Below, one piece after another: positions 47,374-56,068 of a stretch of DNA of 64,000 nucleotides. The position numbers were made by a program, and so were the translations under genes. The notes under the pieces were generated by a model. It saw nothing but the letters and a program-made list of their open reading frames with translations, was not told the DNA's origin and made no database searches. The stretch spans positions 4,444-68,443 of the forward strand of contig CAJAXK010000213.1 in assembly GCA_903946925.1 (NCBI GenBank). Direction: 5' to 3'. Each line of letters opens with the position of its first letter. The stretch's first letter is position 1. This DNA comes from an uncultured Bacteroidales bacterium. Its GTDB lineage: Bacteria > Bacteroidota > Bacteroidia > Bacteroidales > UBA4417.

Positions 47374-47800
47374 ACCCAATAAAGAAATGATCAAACAGCA
47401 AGAAGAAGCAATAATGGAGGCAGAGCGGAATCTGAAACCTCTTAAAATATTATTGGTGGAGGACAATCATTGTGGAATGAGATTATTACCTACATTCCTC
47501 AAAGAATTTAACCACGAAGTAATCCTTGCCTATAACGGTGAGGAAGGAGTTGAGGTTTTTCGTAAGAGGCCGGATATTGATTTGATACTTATGGATATAC
47601 AAATGCCAATAATGGACGGTTTTCGGGCAACCCAACTTATCCGCGAGTTTGACAAGGAAATTATTATAATATCTTTTACTGCAAGCTCCCGGTTTAAGTA
47701 TGGGAAACAAGCAATTGAAACAGGAATGAATGATTACCTCCAAAAACCTTTTGCTGCTGCTGAATTACTGGCAATACTGCAGAAGTATTTTAGCAAATGA
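47309..47800 (+). CDS. receiver (REC) protein, unit C (likely start at Met near 47357 or 47387)
   Basis: LLVEDN...LILMDIQMP...IISFTA...LQKP. Its 5' end overlaps the preceding ORF in another frame. Confidence 0.7.
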   Translation: MSILLSLTCTMKIYRKMPATIKPNKEMIKQQEEAIMEAERNLKPLKILLVEDNHCGMRLLPTFLKEFNHEVILAYNGEEGVEVFRKRPDIDLILMDIQMPIMDGFRATQLIREFDKEIIIISFTASSRFKYGKQAIETGMNDYLQKPFAAAELLAILQKYFSK

Positions 47801-47826
47801 GCTTATATAAATGAATTCATTTGCTA

Positions 47827-48453
47827 TTAATATTTTAGTGTTTCAATCTGTTGCTTGAACAATTCCAGAGCCAAAGAGGCATCCTTACATTCGTCTATTA
47901 AAAGATTTTCTTTCTGAAAATATTGGATTGTATAATTGAGCCTGACTATATACCTATCAATCATTTTGAATGACATTTCCAACAAGCAATCCTTAAAATA
48001 CTCATTGAATTTATCAAGTTCTTCAAGGCTCTTTACTTTATCTAATTCCTGAATCAAATTGTTGTAATACACTAAACCGCTATCATTTAATTGATAGTAA
48101 TGATCAACTCTATTAGAGAAATTAATGTCAGAAACAACTTTTGCCGATGATGTAATGATCAATCCAGAAAGCAGAAATTTGATGTTATTCCTCAACGTAC
48201 TAATATCTTTGGCCAGATAGCTAAAATAATCTTTTGTGAATAAACTTTTCTTAACTTCTAAATAATTGTGCTCTTTCAAATTTATTATAATCTGAAGGAA
48301 TCTTTCGGAAAACCCATCCATAGTTTTAAAAAGCTCTGCCATCAATTCAGTAAAGAATTGGTTCGTATCATCTTCATTATCGAAGTGGATCAGAATCTCA
48401 AAAATCGAAGAATCTAAGATTGCATTTTCGTACAAATCATTTGAAAGTATCAT
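47827..48453 (-). CDS. hypothetical helical protein downstream of a CheY-like gene
   Basis: 208 aa, no named motif. Confidence 0.45.
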   Translation of the reverse strand: MILSNDLYENAILDSSIFEILIHFDNEDDTNQFFTELMAELFKTMDGFSERFLQIIINLKEHNYLEVKKSLFTKDYFSYLAKDISTLRNNIKFLLSGLIITSSAKVVSDINFSNRVDHYYQLNDSGLVYYNNLIQELDKVKSLEELDKFNEYFKDCLLEMSFKMIDRYIVRLNYTIQYFQKENLLIDECKDASLALELFKQQIETLKY

Positions 48454-48498
48454 ATTCTTCTGTATTTTAGGTGTTTTAAATGGGAATATGTTCAGTAA

Positions 48499-48888
48499 CT
48501 ATTGTAATACACGTTCAATTTCCTCAGACGTCCGTGGACCAACAAGAAAATCATCCATTCCTGCTTCGCTACCCATTTTGCGGGTTTCGTCCGTGAACAT
48601 CATGGATAGTGCAATAATTTTAGCCCTGTAATTTGTACCTCTTTCTATTTTCCTTATTTCCCTGGTGGCTTCAATCCCATTCATTACCGGCATTTGAATA
48701 TCCATTAGAATGTAATTTGGTTGCTCTTCTATGTACATTTCAACAGCCTGTTGTCCATTTTCGGCAGTGAATACTTCAAAATTGCCTAACTTAAGTATTA
48801 CTGCTTTGGTTAATATTAGGTTCAATTTGTTGTCATCCGCCACTAAGACAGTGGCTTTCTTTTCTTGTTCCTTCATTTTACAGAGCAT
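48499..48888 (-). CDS. CheY-like single-domain response regulator
   Basis: VLVADDN...ILMDIQMPVMNG...IIALS... Confidence 0.8.
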   Translation of the reverse strand: MLCKMKEQEKKATVLVADDNKLNLILTKAVILKLGNFEVFTAENGQQAVEMYIEEQPNYILMDIQMPVMNGIEATREIRKIERGTNYRAKIIALSMMFTDETRKMGSEAGMDDFLVGPRTSEEIERVLQ

Positions 48889-48979
48889 AAAGAATCAATA
48901 AAAATATAAAATTTACCTGCAATAAATTGCAGATTATTTGTCGCGGTGAACATCCCAAACAGCTTCGTTAGAATATTTC

Positions 48980-49366
48980 CTAAAGGAATTGTATTAAGAG
49001 AAAAATCCCAATACGGATCCCTATACCATATAAGAACCAACGGAACATTTCTTTCGATTTTCTGTCATAACCCAAGTCCTTAATTACGAAGTATAAAACT
49101 AAAACAGCAATTCCTGGGAAAAGCAATATTAGTATTATCCAACCTATCCCTAATGGCAGGTTCGCCTTTTCTGCGATTATTTTATTATCGGCCTCTACTT
49201 CCTGTTCAGCAATCGCAACCTGTTCGACAGATAAATTCCGCTTTGCAAATTCGTTCCTGGCTGATTCAACCGCAGCAGGTTGGTAATCGCCTTCTGGACT
49301 ATTCAAAATTTTCAATAATTCGGCATCCGTTCTTCCGGACATTACAAGGTCAAAATTGTTTGCCAT
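48980..49366 (-). CDS. hypothetical membrane protein (soluble N-domain + 2 TM)
   Basis: 128 aa. The C-terminal half is hydrophobic. Confidence 0.45.
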   Translation of the reverse strand: MANNFDLVMSGRTDAELLKILNSPEGDYQPAAVESARNEFAKRNLSVEQVAIAEQEVEADNKIIAEKANLPLGIGWIILILLFPGIAVLVLYFVIKDLGYDRKSKEMFRWFLYGIGIRIGIFLLIQFL

Positions 49367-49421
49367 ACACTATCAGTTAAAGTTAATAATTTAGTTAAAA
49401 TTCTGTTTGTCAAGCAAATTG

Positions 49422-50936
49422 CTAATATGAATATTTTTTCTTGAATTCCTTTTCCCAAGCCATTATGGTTTTAGTTTCTGATCCCAAATATGGTTTTTCG
49501 CAGATATACAAAAGCTTGTCGGCATATAATTTCCATTTTTCAGGTGCTTTGTTTCCAAGCAATAAAACGCCCAACAAACTCATTTCACCTTTGTTTCGTA
49601 GATCTCCAATATTGGTCAATTTTTCAGCTTCGTTTATATTATTGCGTTTTACAAGATCAATAAATTTTGACACCGAATCTGCTAACGTCCCAAATTGGTT
49701 TCTATAAGCATCCAAAAAATCTGTAAGGGGTAAGTTGTTTCTTGATGCAAAAGCAATTGCTGGAATAATTGTACTACGGTTTATATAACTGCTATTTGAT
49801 AAGGCCTTTGCTTTATTTATTACGGATTTTGATGCCCCTTTGGAAACTGCAGCCAAGCGAAGTACATATCCGCTGATATTGGTGTCAGACTGCGCATAAT
49901 TAACTGCATCATCTATTTCTCCTTTTTCGAGAAGCTTGTATGCGTAGTAAACATTGTTTGGATCGGATAAGGTACTGTTTTCAACATCATCAACAAAAGA
50001 TAAGTAATTGGATTGTAATTCTTTGTCGTCAATCAAATTCTTGTTCCCTAATAATTGGTTAATCCTTTTCAAGTTGTCAACAATCAAAGGTTGAAGTGCT
50101 TGATCGCCTTCACTTGCAGTAACAAAACAGGAAGCAGCTTCTTTCCAATTTTCTTTTTGCAAGTATGAATATCCTACAGCATTAGATAACCAAGCATTAT
50201 ATGGCCATTTTTTATACCCTTCCATAAAAGCACTATCCCGTTTTGCTTCGTTCTCTATACACCGGCAACTCAAGTAATAGAAATTTGGGTTTTTGGGATA
50301 TTTTTGTAATAACTTTCTTAGTTCTTCACATACTCTTACCTTCTCCAATCCAGTTGCAAAATCCTGCTGGTATCTTAAAGCTGGTATATCAAAAGGATCT
50401 AATTGGAGCCTTTTGTCAATGGCTTCTTTTAGATAATTTATTCTTGCTGAATAGTTAAGCCATGTTATGATGTTTGGCGAGGATGGGCTTTCCCATATTG
50501 CATGTGTTTTAATTATTTTTTCAATATCTTCGTCATTATCAATTATGTTAACTAATTGTTCGGGTGAAGATTTAAGTTCATCAACAACCACCCTTTTTTG
50601 AGCTTCACCAGAATATACTTTAACGCTTTCGGGTGGTGGAACAAAATAATAGTCTGCTTTAATCTCAAACCAACGCTTAGCTGTAACTAATCCATGTTCT
50701 TTTGGAGGCTTGGGATGATTATAATAAACTACCCATGTATAAATCAGTGCTGAATTTGCGATATTATAAATATAAGTTTTTGAATGTTTGTCTAATTCCT
50801 GCTTGAATGTTTCAATCAATTCCCCTTTAGTGGTTGTGGTTCTAATGTTGATTTCGGGTTCAATATCAATAATAAGCTCTTTAGCAATTCCTTTTGTAAC
50901 GGATATTGGCGCCTTATTATTTACATATACGATCAC
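49422..50936 (-). CDS. hypothetical protein with helical-repeat (TPR-like) C-terminal half; start uncertain
   Basis: 504 aa from a GTG start. An in-frame hydrophobic stretch without a start codon lies just upstream. Confidence 0.5.
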   Translation of the reverse strand: MIVYVNNKAPISVTKGIAKELIIDIEPEINIRTTTTKGELIETFKQELDKHSKTYIYNIANSALIYTWVVYYNHPKPPKEHGLVTAKRWFEIKADYYFVPPPESVKVYSGEAQKRVVVDELKSSPEQLVNIIDNDEDIEKIIKTHAIWESPSSPNIITWLNYSARINYLKEAIDKRLQLDPFDIPALRYQQDFATGLEKVRVCEELRKLLQKYPKNPNFYYLSCRCIENEAKRDSAFMEGYKKWPYNAWLSNAVGYSYLQKENWKEAASCFVTASEGDQALQPLIVDNLKRINQLLGNKNLIDDKELQSNYLSFVDDVENSTLSDPNNVYYAYKLLEKGEIDDAVNYAQSDTNISGYVLRLAAVSKGASKSVINKAKALSNSSYINRSTIIPAIAFASRNNLPLTDFLDAYRNQFGTLADSVSKFIDLVKRNNINEAEKLTNIGDLRNKGEMSLLGVLLLGNKAPEKWKLYADKLLYICEKPYLGSETKTIMAWEKEFKKKYSY

Positions 50937-51022
50937 ATCCGTGGGAAATCCATTGTAAATTATAACGTTAGAGGTTCCTGCATTGGAAGCAAAAAAAATG
51001 GCAATAAATATGATTATAGCGG

Positions 51023-53308
51023 CTACCGAGTATTTGGCATGGAAGGAATGAGGCCATCGGCATTTTGGAATTTGGAATAAAAATCGGTTTGAGTTATGAT
51101 TTTACGTTTTATTGATGGGTCATATTTTGAGTAATCCCCTGGGATTTCAATCAAATCAGGAGCTTTCTCGTTGGAAACATTGCCCGAAAGTGTTTTATCT
51201 TTGATATAGGATTCAGTATCTAATAGCTCATCCAATGCTGCAAAGCGTAATTCGTTCAACGAATTACTTGCTAGGTTAATCCAATAACCTACTACATTTA
51301 CCCAAGATCGGATATTTGCAGTGCTGGCTGGTTGTAAGATAAAGGGTTCAAGAAATTCAGCAAACTGCTTTCCCTGCAATCTGTCAACAAGTTGAGGGTT
51401 TAGCGTTATTGATTTCGAGTTGTTGAAAAAGTCTTCGAGTGTGGTATGAAGATCATTTGCAGCGCGGCACAAGAAAGAAATATCCATTGAATCGATTCGA
51501 TAAAATGATAAAACGGAAGCCATTGTGTCAAATAAAAATTTACTCTGAACTTCAATATTTTTTTGTGTATGCTCGCAATAATGAATAAGCCCTGCCAATG
51601 ACGCCAAATATTGACCCCATTCTGAACCAATGTTTTTTGCAGCCTCATTGTGGATTATCCTACAAGTATAAAGATGCTTTACCAGTTTATCTTTTTCAAT
51701 TTCACATTCATTTTTTGTTGATTGTATTTTGCCAGGCAATTCATTGTGGTTGATTTCTGACCCTCGAAATATTATTTTTCCCTCAGTGGCGGTGAGTGCT
51801 TTTTTATTCAAACCTACCAGCATGAACAGTTCTTCCTCCAGATTTCTCAAATGTTGCATTTGTTCCTGTAAATCAGAAGGATAAAGAGTGCTTAATTTTT
51901 CGGCAAGATTTGGTATTTCAATTCCGTTATCGTAAATATCCTTTACTTGGTTACAACCAATAAAAATACACCGGTTGTGATATACACCTCTGTATTCTGG
52001 CAACAAATACGTACGTTGGAAATCGTTGTTTAGAATTTTGAGAGATTCTTCTATTGACAAGAGAGTCGTTTCAGTTTTTACCTTGCTGAATAATTCACGT
52101 GTAAGTTTTTCTTTTGTTTTTTCTGGATCTTTAAAAAGAATCCAAGCAGGGCGATTATCAATATTTGCCACTACATATACTTTTTTAGCATTTTTCTCCC
52201 TATCAATATTGGAAGGGTGCGTTTCCCACATTTTGGGCGGCCTCGCTATTTGTTCCCGAAAAAGTAATTTTTTATTGAAGCCGAAGTTTTGTGTTGGTGA
52301 TTTTCCATAATCGGGGTTGTTTAAAACAACCCGTAAATGTGAAATTAAATTTTCCTGAAGCGCATAGATATTTGCAACCTGTTTTTTATGTTGTAGTTGA
52401 TTTTTAACGAATTCAATAGCATTCTCAAAGGATTCATCAGCAGCATGTAGTTTATAGAGTGAATGAACTATGGCATCGCTTCCTGTCAAAGATACTGCAA
52501 CTAAATCGGCATGGAATTCCATTTCCCTCGATAATGCCCGTTGGGTTAATACTACAATTTTAAATAATATCTCAACCAAAGAACGGATTGACCATACAAT
52601 GGAAGAAAGAATCCACCCAATCCACGCAAGGCGAAAATCTATGCGTGATATTTTGTTTAAAAATACATCAAAACTATCACGCCTGGCAACTATTTGATAA
52701 ACAACCTGATGGGCAATGTAAACCCAACGGCCAACCAACATTGATTTTTGTGTAAAATGACCAAACTCGTGCGCAAGGATGGATTTGAATTCCCCCAAAT
52801 TAAAAACATTTACAAGGCCTAATCCTATTTCCAAATTTTTGCGTGGACGGAATAGCAGGTTTATAAATGAAATGTCGTAAAAAACAGATGCATTTACTGT
52901 ATTAGTCAGGAAAATTTTATGCGGCCGTGGAGCATTTGCTTGATCTGCCAGTTTATAAATAAAATCAAATAGTTGAGGTTCGTCTTCTCGTGTTATTTCA
53001 AAAGACTCATCTTTATTTTTACGATTTAAAAAAAAGATAGCCTTTAGCATAAAAATACCCATGAACGAGGATAATAAGGCCACAAAAAAACTAACAAAGC
53101 CATTCCTTCCACCAGAAAATAGATCACTAAAAAGAAAATATGCTTTATAAATAAACCAAAAAGCTAAACCAAAGTATAGTGAGATGAATGTTATAATTGC
53201 AAAGGATGCAAGTATAACCTGTTTTTTATACTGTCTTCCAGGGGTGGTAAAATCTACCGGAACATTTAAAGGTTCTGTTGTAAAAGCATTATGTATCGAA
53301 AGTGGCAT
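51023..53308 (-). CDS. membrane M48-family metalloprotease with ~380-aa C-terminal extension
   Basis: N-terminal TM pair, HEFGH (residues ~180-184), EMEFHAD, WETHPS, then about 380 aa of unassigned sequence. Confidence 0.75.
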   Translation of the reverse strand: MPLSIHNAFTTEPLNVPVDFTTPGRQYKKQVILASFAIITFISLYFGLAFWFIYKAYFLFSDLFSGGRNGFVSFFVALLSSFMGIFMLKAIFFLNRKNKDESFEITREDEPQLFDFIYKLADQANAPRPHKIFLTNTVNASVFYDISFINLLFRPRKNLEIGLGLVNVFNLGEFKSILAHEFGHFTQKSMLVGRWVYIAHQVVYQIVARRDSFDVFLNKISRIDFRLAWIGWILSSIVWSIRSLVEILFKIVVLTQRALSREMEFHADLVAVSLTGSDAIVHSLYKLHAADESFENAIEFVKNQLQHKKQVANIYALQENLISHLRVVLNNPDYGKSPTQNFGFNKKLLFREQIARPPKMWETHPSNIDREKNAKKVYVVANIDNRPAWILFKDPEKTKEKLTRELFSKVKTETTLLSIEESLKILNNDFQRTYLLPEYRGVYHNRCIFIGCNQVKDIYDNGIEIPNLAEKLSTLYPSDLQEQMQHLRNLEEELFMLVGLNKKALTATEGKIIFRGSEINHNELPGKIQSTKNECEIEKDKLVKHLYTCRIIHNEAAKNIGSEWGQYLASLAGLIHYCEHTQKNIEVQSKFLFDTMASVLSFYRIDSMDISFLCRAANDLHTTLEDFFNNSKSITLNPQLVDRLQGKQFAEFLEPFILQPASTANIRSWVNVVGYWINLASNSLNELRFAALDELLDTESYIKDKTLSGNVSNEKAPDLIEIPGDYSKYDPSIKRKIITQTDFYSKFQNADGLIPSMPNTR

Positions 53309-53568
53309 ATCAAAATCTCTTTAGGCAATAAAAGTAATAAAATAGTACTGTTAAACTTCAGAATTATGAATTTTTTTTTGAATAATACACCGCTTATCCT
53401 ATTTGTTCACCTACTATTATACTGCTACTTGGAAGGAGGAATTAGTATCATTGTATGATTTTGTTCGGGGTACAAATTATTTAAACTATAAAGGTGAATT
53501 TTTCCAGACTAATCAATTATTCGAAGCTCAATTTTGATTTTAGTTTGTAAATAAATCAAACAGCTACA

Positions 53569-53576
53569 TATCTTTG
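53569..53576 (+). promoter_or_regulatory. Bacteroidota -7 promoter box (TAtcTTTG)
   Basis: 60 nt upstream of the radical-SAM ATG. Confidence 0.4.
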
Positions 53577-53635
53577 CCCAATCAAATTATTTAGAAAATT
53601 AACAGCTAATAATATTCTAATGCAAATCATTACAA

Positions 53636-54949
53636 ATGAACCTAATCCTAACCAATTACGGCCACAAATTTATTACTGAGCAATCAAAATCGTGCCCTGA
53701 ACAGGATTTATTGACCAATCCGAAATTGGCAACTCTTAAACAGGTTTTATCGGAAAAGGCAATCGAAATGCCAACATCAGGTATTTACGAGGAATTGGTC
53801 AAAACTGGCTATCTTGAAACAAACAACACCTTGGACTTAAGCGAAATAGAATTCAAATACAGAACCAATCCCTTGGAAAATGTTACTCGGATTGTTTTTG
53901 AATTTACCACCCAATGCAATTTTAACTGTGCCCATTGCCGCAATGGCTCCATGGAAAAAAGCACGGAAACCGATATTGAAAAACTGAAATCGGTATCGGA
54001 TGCTTTCATTGAGCTTAACATCAATAGGTTCGATTTTATTGGCGGCGAGGTCTCCAAATATGGTGTTGGCTGGCTGCAGTTGGCAAAACACACCAACCGC
54101 AATTTCGATAAAACCATTACCGTTTTCAGCAATGGCTGGTGGCTCGAAAAGACAGATTTTGAAGCCGCAGGAAAACATTATGTTAACGACATACAATATT
54201 TGTCTGATTTAAAGCAAAATGGCGTTACACATATTTTGTTCAGCATTGATGGGCATGAGGATCAGCACGACAAATCGAGGAAACATGTTGGGCTTTACCA
54301 CAAAATAATTTCTTCGTTCGATAGGATAAAACTCAGCGGGATCGAACCCCGCATTTCGGCACTACTTGACGATAACCTGGACGAAAGGACGATAGGAACG
54401 TTTTTGGATATTGCCAACCGCATCTACAATTTTCCCGAAAACATGGAAGTTGATGCAAAAGTGAATAGTTTGGTACAGGACCCGACCAACCAGTTCAGCA
54501 ACTTTATTGATATTGGCAGCGCGGTAAACCTCAAAAATAAGAAACACAAAATAAGCGAAATACCGCCGCACCTTTTGCGCTGTAAGGCTTTTTACAGGCC
54601 CTGGCCAAGTTTGAAAATAAAGGCAGACGGCAGCCTTTCGGTTTGCCCGCTGCTGGATGCCAGCAATGGATACGGAAACCTCCACCAAGAAAACATCGTT
54701 GAACTACTAAACAATTTTCGGCAGGCTTTTGTATATAAACTGCACGCCGACAATAAAATAAGCGAATATCTAAAGTATCTCGACACAAGTATTTTTGGCG
54801 AATATTTCGACCACATTTGCTCCATACGGGTAATTTTGACCCTGATGGCCACCTACCTTAACGAAGAAGAAGTCATTAACAGCGAAACAATTTTAAAAAT
54901 AAACCGTAAGATTGCGCAATATTCCGGCCATCTTGAAAATGGAAAATAA
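53636..54949 (+). CDS. radical SAM enzyme with a twitch/partial-SPASM auxiliary-cluster motif
   Basis: CNFNCAHC (CX3CX2C) at about residue 94. C-terminal CKAFYRPWPSLKIKADGSLSVC fits CX9-15GX4C. Confidence 0.8.
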   Translation: MNLILTNYGHKFITEQSKSCPEQDLLTNPKLATLKQVLSEKAIEMPTSGIYEELVKTGYLETNNTLDLSEIEFKYRTNPLENVTRIVFEFTTQCNFNCAHCRNGSMEKSTETDIEKLKSVSDAFIELNINRFDFIGGEVSKYGVGWLQLAKHTNRNFDKTITVFSNGWWLEKTDFEAAGKHYVNDIQYLSDLKQNGVTHILFSIDGHEDQHDKSRKHVGLYHKIISSFDRIKLSGIEPRISALLDDNLDERTIGTFLDIANRIYNFPENMEVDAKVNSLVQDPTNQFSNFIDIGSAVNLKNKKHKISEIPPHLLRCKAFYRPWPSLKIKADGSLSVCPLLDASNGYGNLHQENIVELLNNFRQAFVYKLHADNKISEYLKYLDTSIFGEYFDHICSIRVILTLMATYLNEEEVINSETILKINRKIAQYSGHLENGK

Positions 54950-55400
54950 TCCAAAAATATTCACCATGAACCAAATCCGACCCTGGCTTTTCATTGGCAA
55001 ATACCGCGAAACCTTAGATTCCGGATTGCTAAAAATTAATAGGATAAATGCCATGCTTCAATTGGCCGAACTGGTAAATCAGCCCGAAATTACTTGCTTG
55101 TACCTCGCGGTTGAGGATGGAATTCCAATGCCACACGAAAAACTAAAAACCGGCATTGAATTTATAAAAACGAACCAGAACGATGGAAGAAGAGTTTTAG
55201 TTGCTTGTGGTGCAGGTATCAGCCGCTCAGCCGCCTTTGCAATAGCATCACTTAAGGAGGTTGAAAACTTATGTTTGCTCGAAGCATACAAGGCAGTAAA
55301 ACAACATCATCCGGAGACTTTGCCTCATCCGGCTATCTGGCAATCGTTGTGCATGTATTTCGATGAAAATGTTTCATTTACCGAGTTGTTAAAGCAATAA
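54912..55400 (+). CDS. dual-specificity / Cys-based protein phosphatase (likely start 54939 or 54966)
   Basis: HCX5R-type P-loop: VLVACGAGISRSAA, with DG (VEDGIP) upstream as the general-acid loop. Confidence 0.75.
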   Translation: MRNIPAILKMENNPKIFTMNQIRPWLFIGKYRETLDSGLLKINRINAMLQLAELVNQPEITCLYLAVEDGIPMPHEKLKTGIEFIKTNQNDGRRVLVACGAGISRSAAFAIASLKEVENLCLLEAYKAVKQHHPETLPHPAIWQSLCMYFDENVSFTELLKQ

Positions 55401-55489
55401 AATATTTTGCTGATCCAAAATGTATTCGCAATGAATTGTCGTACCTTTGTTTTATTCTAAAATTCAGGTTCTTATCAAAATAATCAGTC

Positions 55490-56011
55490 ATGATAAAGAT
55501 AGTTTTTTTAATTTTTTGTTCCGTTGCCGCTTTGTTTAGCCAGGCGCAATCTAATCAAAATTTCAAATCCGGGGACAATACAACAATTAATGAAAGTCAA
55601 GATTCCTATAACCAAATTATTTCCGACTACAAAGGTCCCTGTGGGTGCAGTAACCCGATAACAAATGAAGAGCTGAAGCAAACTATTTCGATAATTAAAA
55701 CAAGAAATTCAGATGTCTGGATGCTGACCTTGGCAAAACAGGAAATTCGCAATAAATGTTTGTTGGCAACACAAATCAAAGAAATAACCTTGTTGTTTAC
55801 TTACGATGACACCCGTTATAATTTTGTGGCCTTCGCCCAAACATATACCTACGATTTGGGTAATTATAGGGCTGATCTACAGCAATTTCTCTTTCCTACG
55901 GTAAGCACTAAGTTTGGACAAACATATACTAAAAATGCCCTTAATAAACTTTGGGTAAATCCAAGTTATTCAGCCGAAACTGTCCGGCATTTTTACAGTT
56001 ACGGCTATTAA
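55490..56011 (+). CDS. DUF4476-like secreted protein
   Basis: Signal peptide. Pattern ...AKQEI......ATQIKEITLLFTYDDTRYNFVAFAQTYTYDLGNY resembles DUF4476 as I recall it. Confidence 0.55.
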   Translation: MIKIVFLIFCSVAALFSQAQSNQNFKSGDNTTINESQDSYNQIISDYKGPCGCSNPITNEELKQTISIIKTRNSDVWMLTLAKQEIRNKCLLATQIKEITLLFTYDDTRYNFVAFAQTYTYDLGNYRADLQQFLFPTVSTKFGQTYTKNALNKLWVNPSYSAETVRHFYSYGY

Positions 56012-56068
56012 AGGCAGCACTACCCTACTTTTCTAACTTTGAAAAACTGATCCTAATTCTACTATTCT

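Noticed and set aside
47827-48453. 208-aa protein downstream of CheY as an Hpt phosphotransfer domain
   Set aside because: The N-terminal helices loosely resemble Hpt, but the HxLKG phospho-His motif is absent (the best alignment gives SLFTKDYF). The idea is unsupported.
50990-51040. Programmed -1 frameshift fusing the M48 protease to the 504-aa protein
   Set aside because: The downstream frame is -1 relative to the protease frame, but there is no X XXY YYZ slippery site or obvious stimulatory structure at the overlap.
53366-53458. 30-codon ORF (MNFFLNNTPLILFVHLLLYCYLEGGISIIV) and a following 9-codon ORF as precursor peptides for the radical-SAM enzyme
   Set aside because: It is hydrophobic with no leader/core organisation I can recognise and lies 180 nt from the enzyme gene. 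The GGAAGGAGG inside it is not meaningful, given the weak Shine-Dalgarno use in Bacteroidota. The idea is untestable without homologous loci.
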